From the NCBI GenBank assembly GCA_963808135.1, contig CAWEFA010000124.1, positions 62,101 to 126,100 on the forward strand: 64,000 nucleotides of DNA, read 5' to 3'. The notes below the pieces were generated by a model. It was not told the origin of the DNA. It made no database searches and saw only the letters and a program-made list of their open reading frames with translations. The translations under genes were made by a program, and so were the position numbers. Below are positions 63,758 through 64,000 of this stretch, one piece after another; the stretch's first letter is position 1, and every line of letters begins with the position of its first letter. The DNA is from an uncultured Bacteroidota bacterium (GTDB taxonomy: Bacteria > Bacteroidota > Bacteroidia > Bacteroidales > DTGW01).

Positions 63758-64000
63758 ATAGTTAAACCATTAAACCTTGAAATAAACATCATAAACAAAG
63801 TTAGTATAACTTTAATTTTATGTCTTATAATTATCTGTATTAATGAAATTAAATATTAAAATATTGGGTTCAATTTAGAATATAATAAGAAAAGGCGTTT
63901 TATGAAATGATTAAGGAAAAATTAACCTAAATGTATTTAAATATATTTGGCATATTTATTTGTTTTTGTATAATTTAGCATAATCCTTTTCATATATAAA

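Overview
This is a 64-kb chromosomal segment from a low-GC Bacteroidota-type genome. The phylum call rests on a SusC/SusD pair, T9SS C-terminal sorting domains, recurrent TAnnTTTG -7 promoter boxes and AT-rich spacers. From left to right the window holds: the 5' part of recG; a SusC/SusD-like locus with two lipoproteins; purM-like, lolE-like, DUF1343/NamZ-like and trpB2 genes; a 9.4-kb nitrogen island (three P-II genes, three ammonium transporters from two clades, an outer-membrane beta-barrel and an ArsB/NhaD-type permease); lpxB, an aldo-keto reductase, GH5, dnaK, an orphan ECF sigma factor, an O-methyltransferase and an M16 peptidase; and tRNA-Phe. Next comes a 14-kb surface-protein island. 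It contains a 5.8-kb signal-peptide-bearing gene resembling a phage tail fibre, with a peptidase-S74-type auto-cleaving chaperone domain, a small T9SS-CTD protein, and a 7.7-kb PKD-repeat T9SS adhesin. After that are a TonB-dependent receptor/DUF4249 pair broken by a 997-bp IS; an acyl-CoA ligase / XRE-cupin / HMGL-like aldolase / chorismate-mutase-like cassette; aconitase, a gtrA-like gene, recQ, rpsP-rimM and a J-domain membrane protein. The best candidates for undescribed biology are four. (1) The cellular tail-fibre-like fibre plus its T9SS partner, split by a single in-frame TAG in a window where TAG is never used as a natural stop. (2) A ~91-nt leader conserved upstream of two unrelated outer-membrane genes. 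(3) The triple P-II/Amt island, which has a perfect 30-bp palindrome abutting a promoter box. (4) Several structured intergenic elements. Major caveat: at least eight frame disruptions occur, including in aconitase and recQ. Seven of them are repaired by deleting one base. Assembly indel error is therefore more likely than gene decay, and all pseudogene calls are provisional. No CRISPR array, rRNA or prophage core genes were seen.
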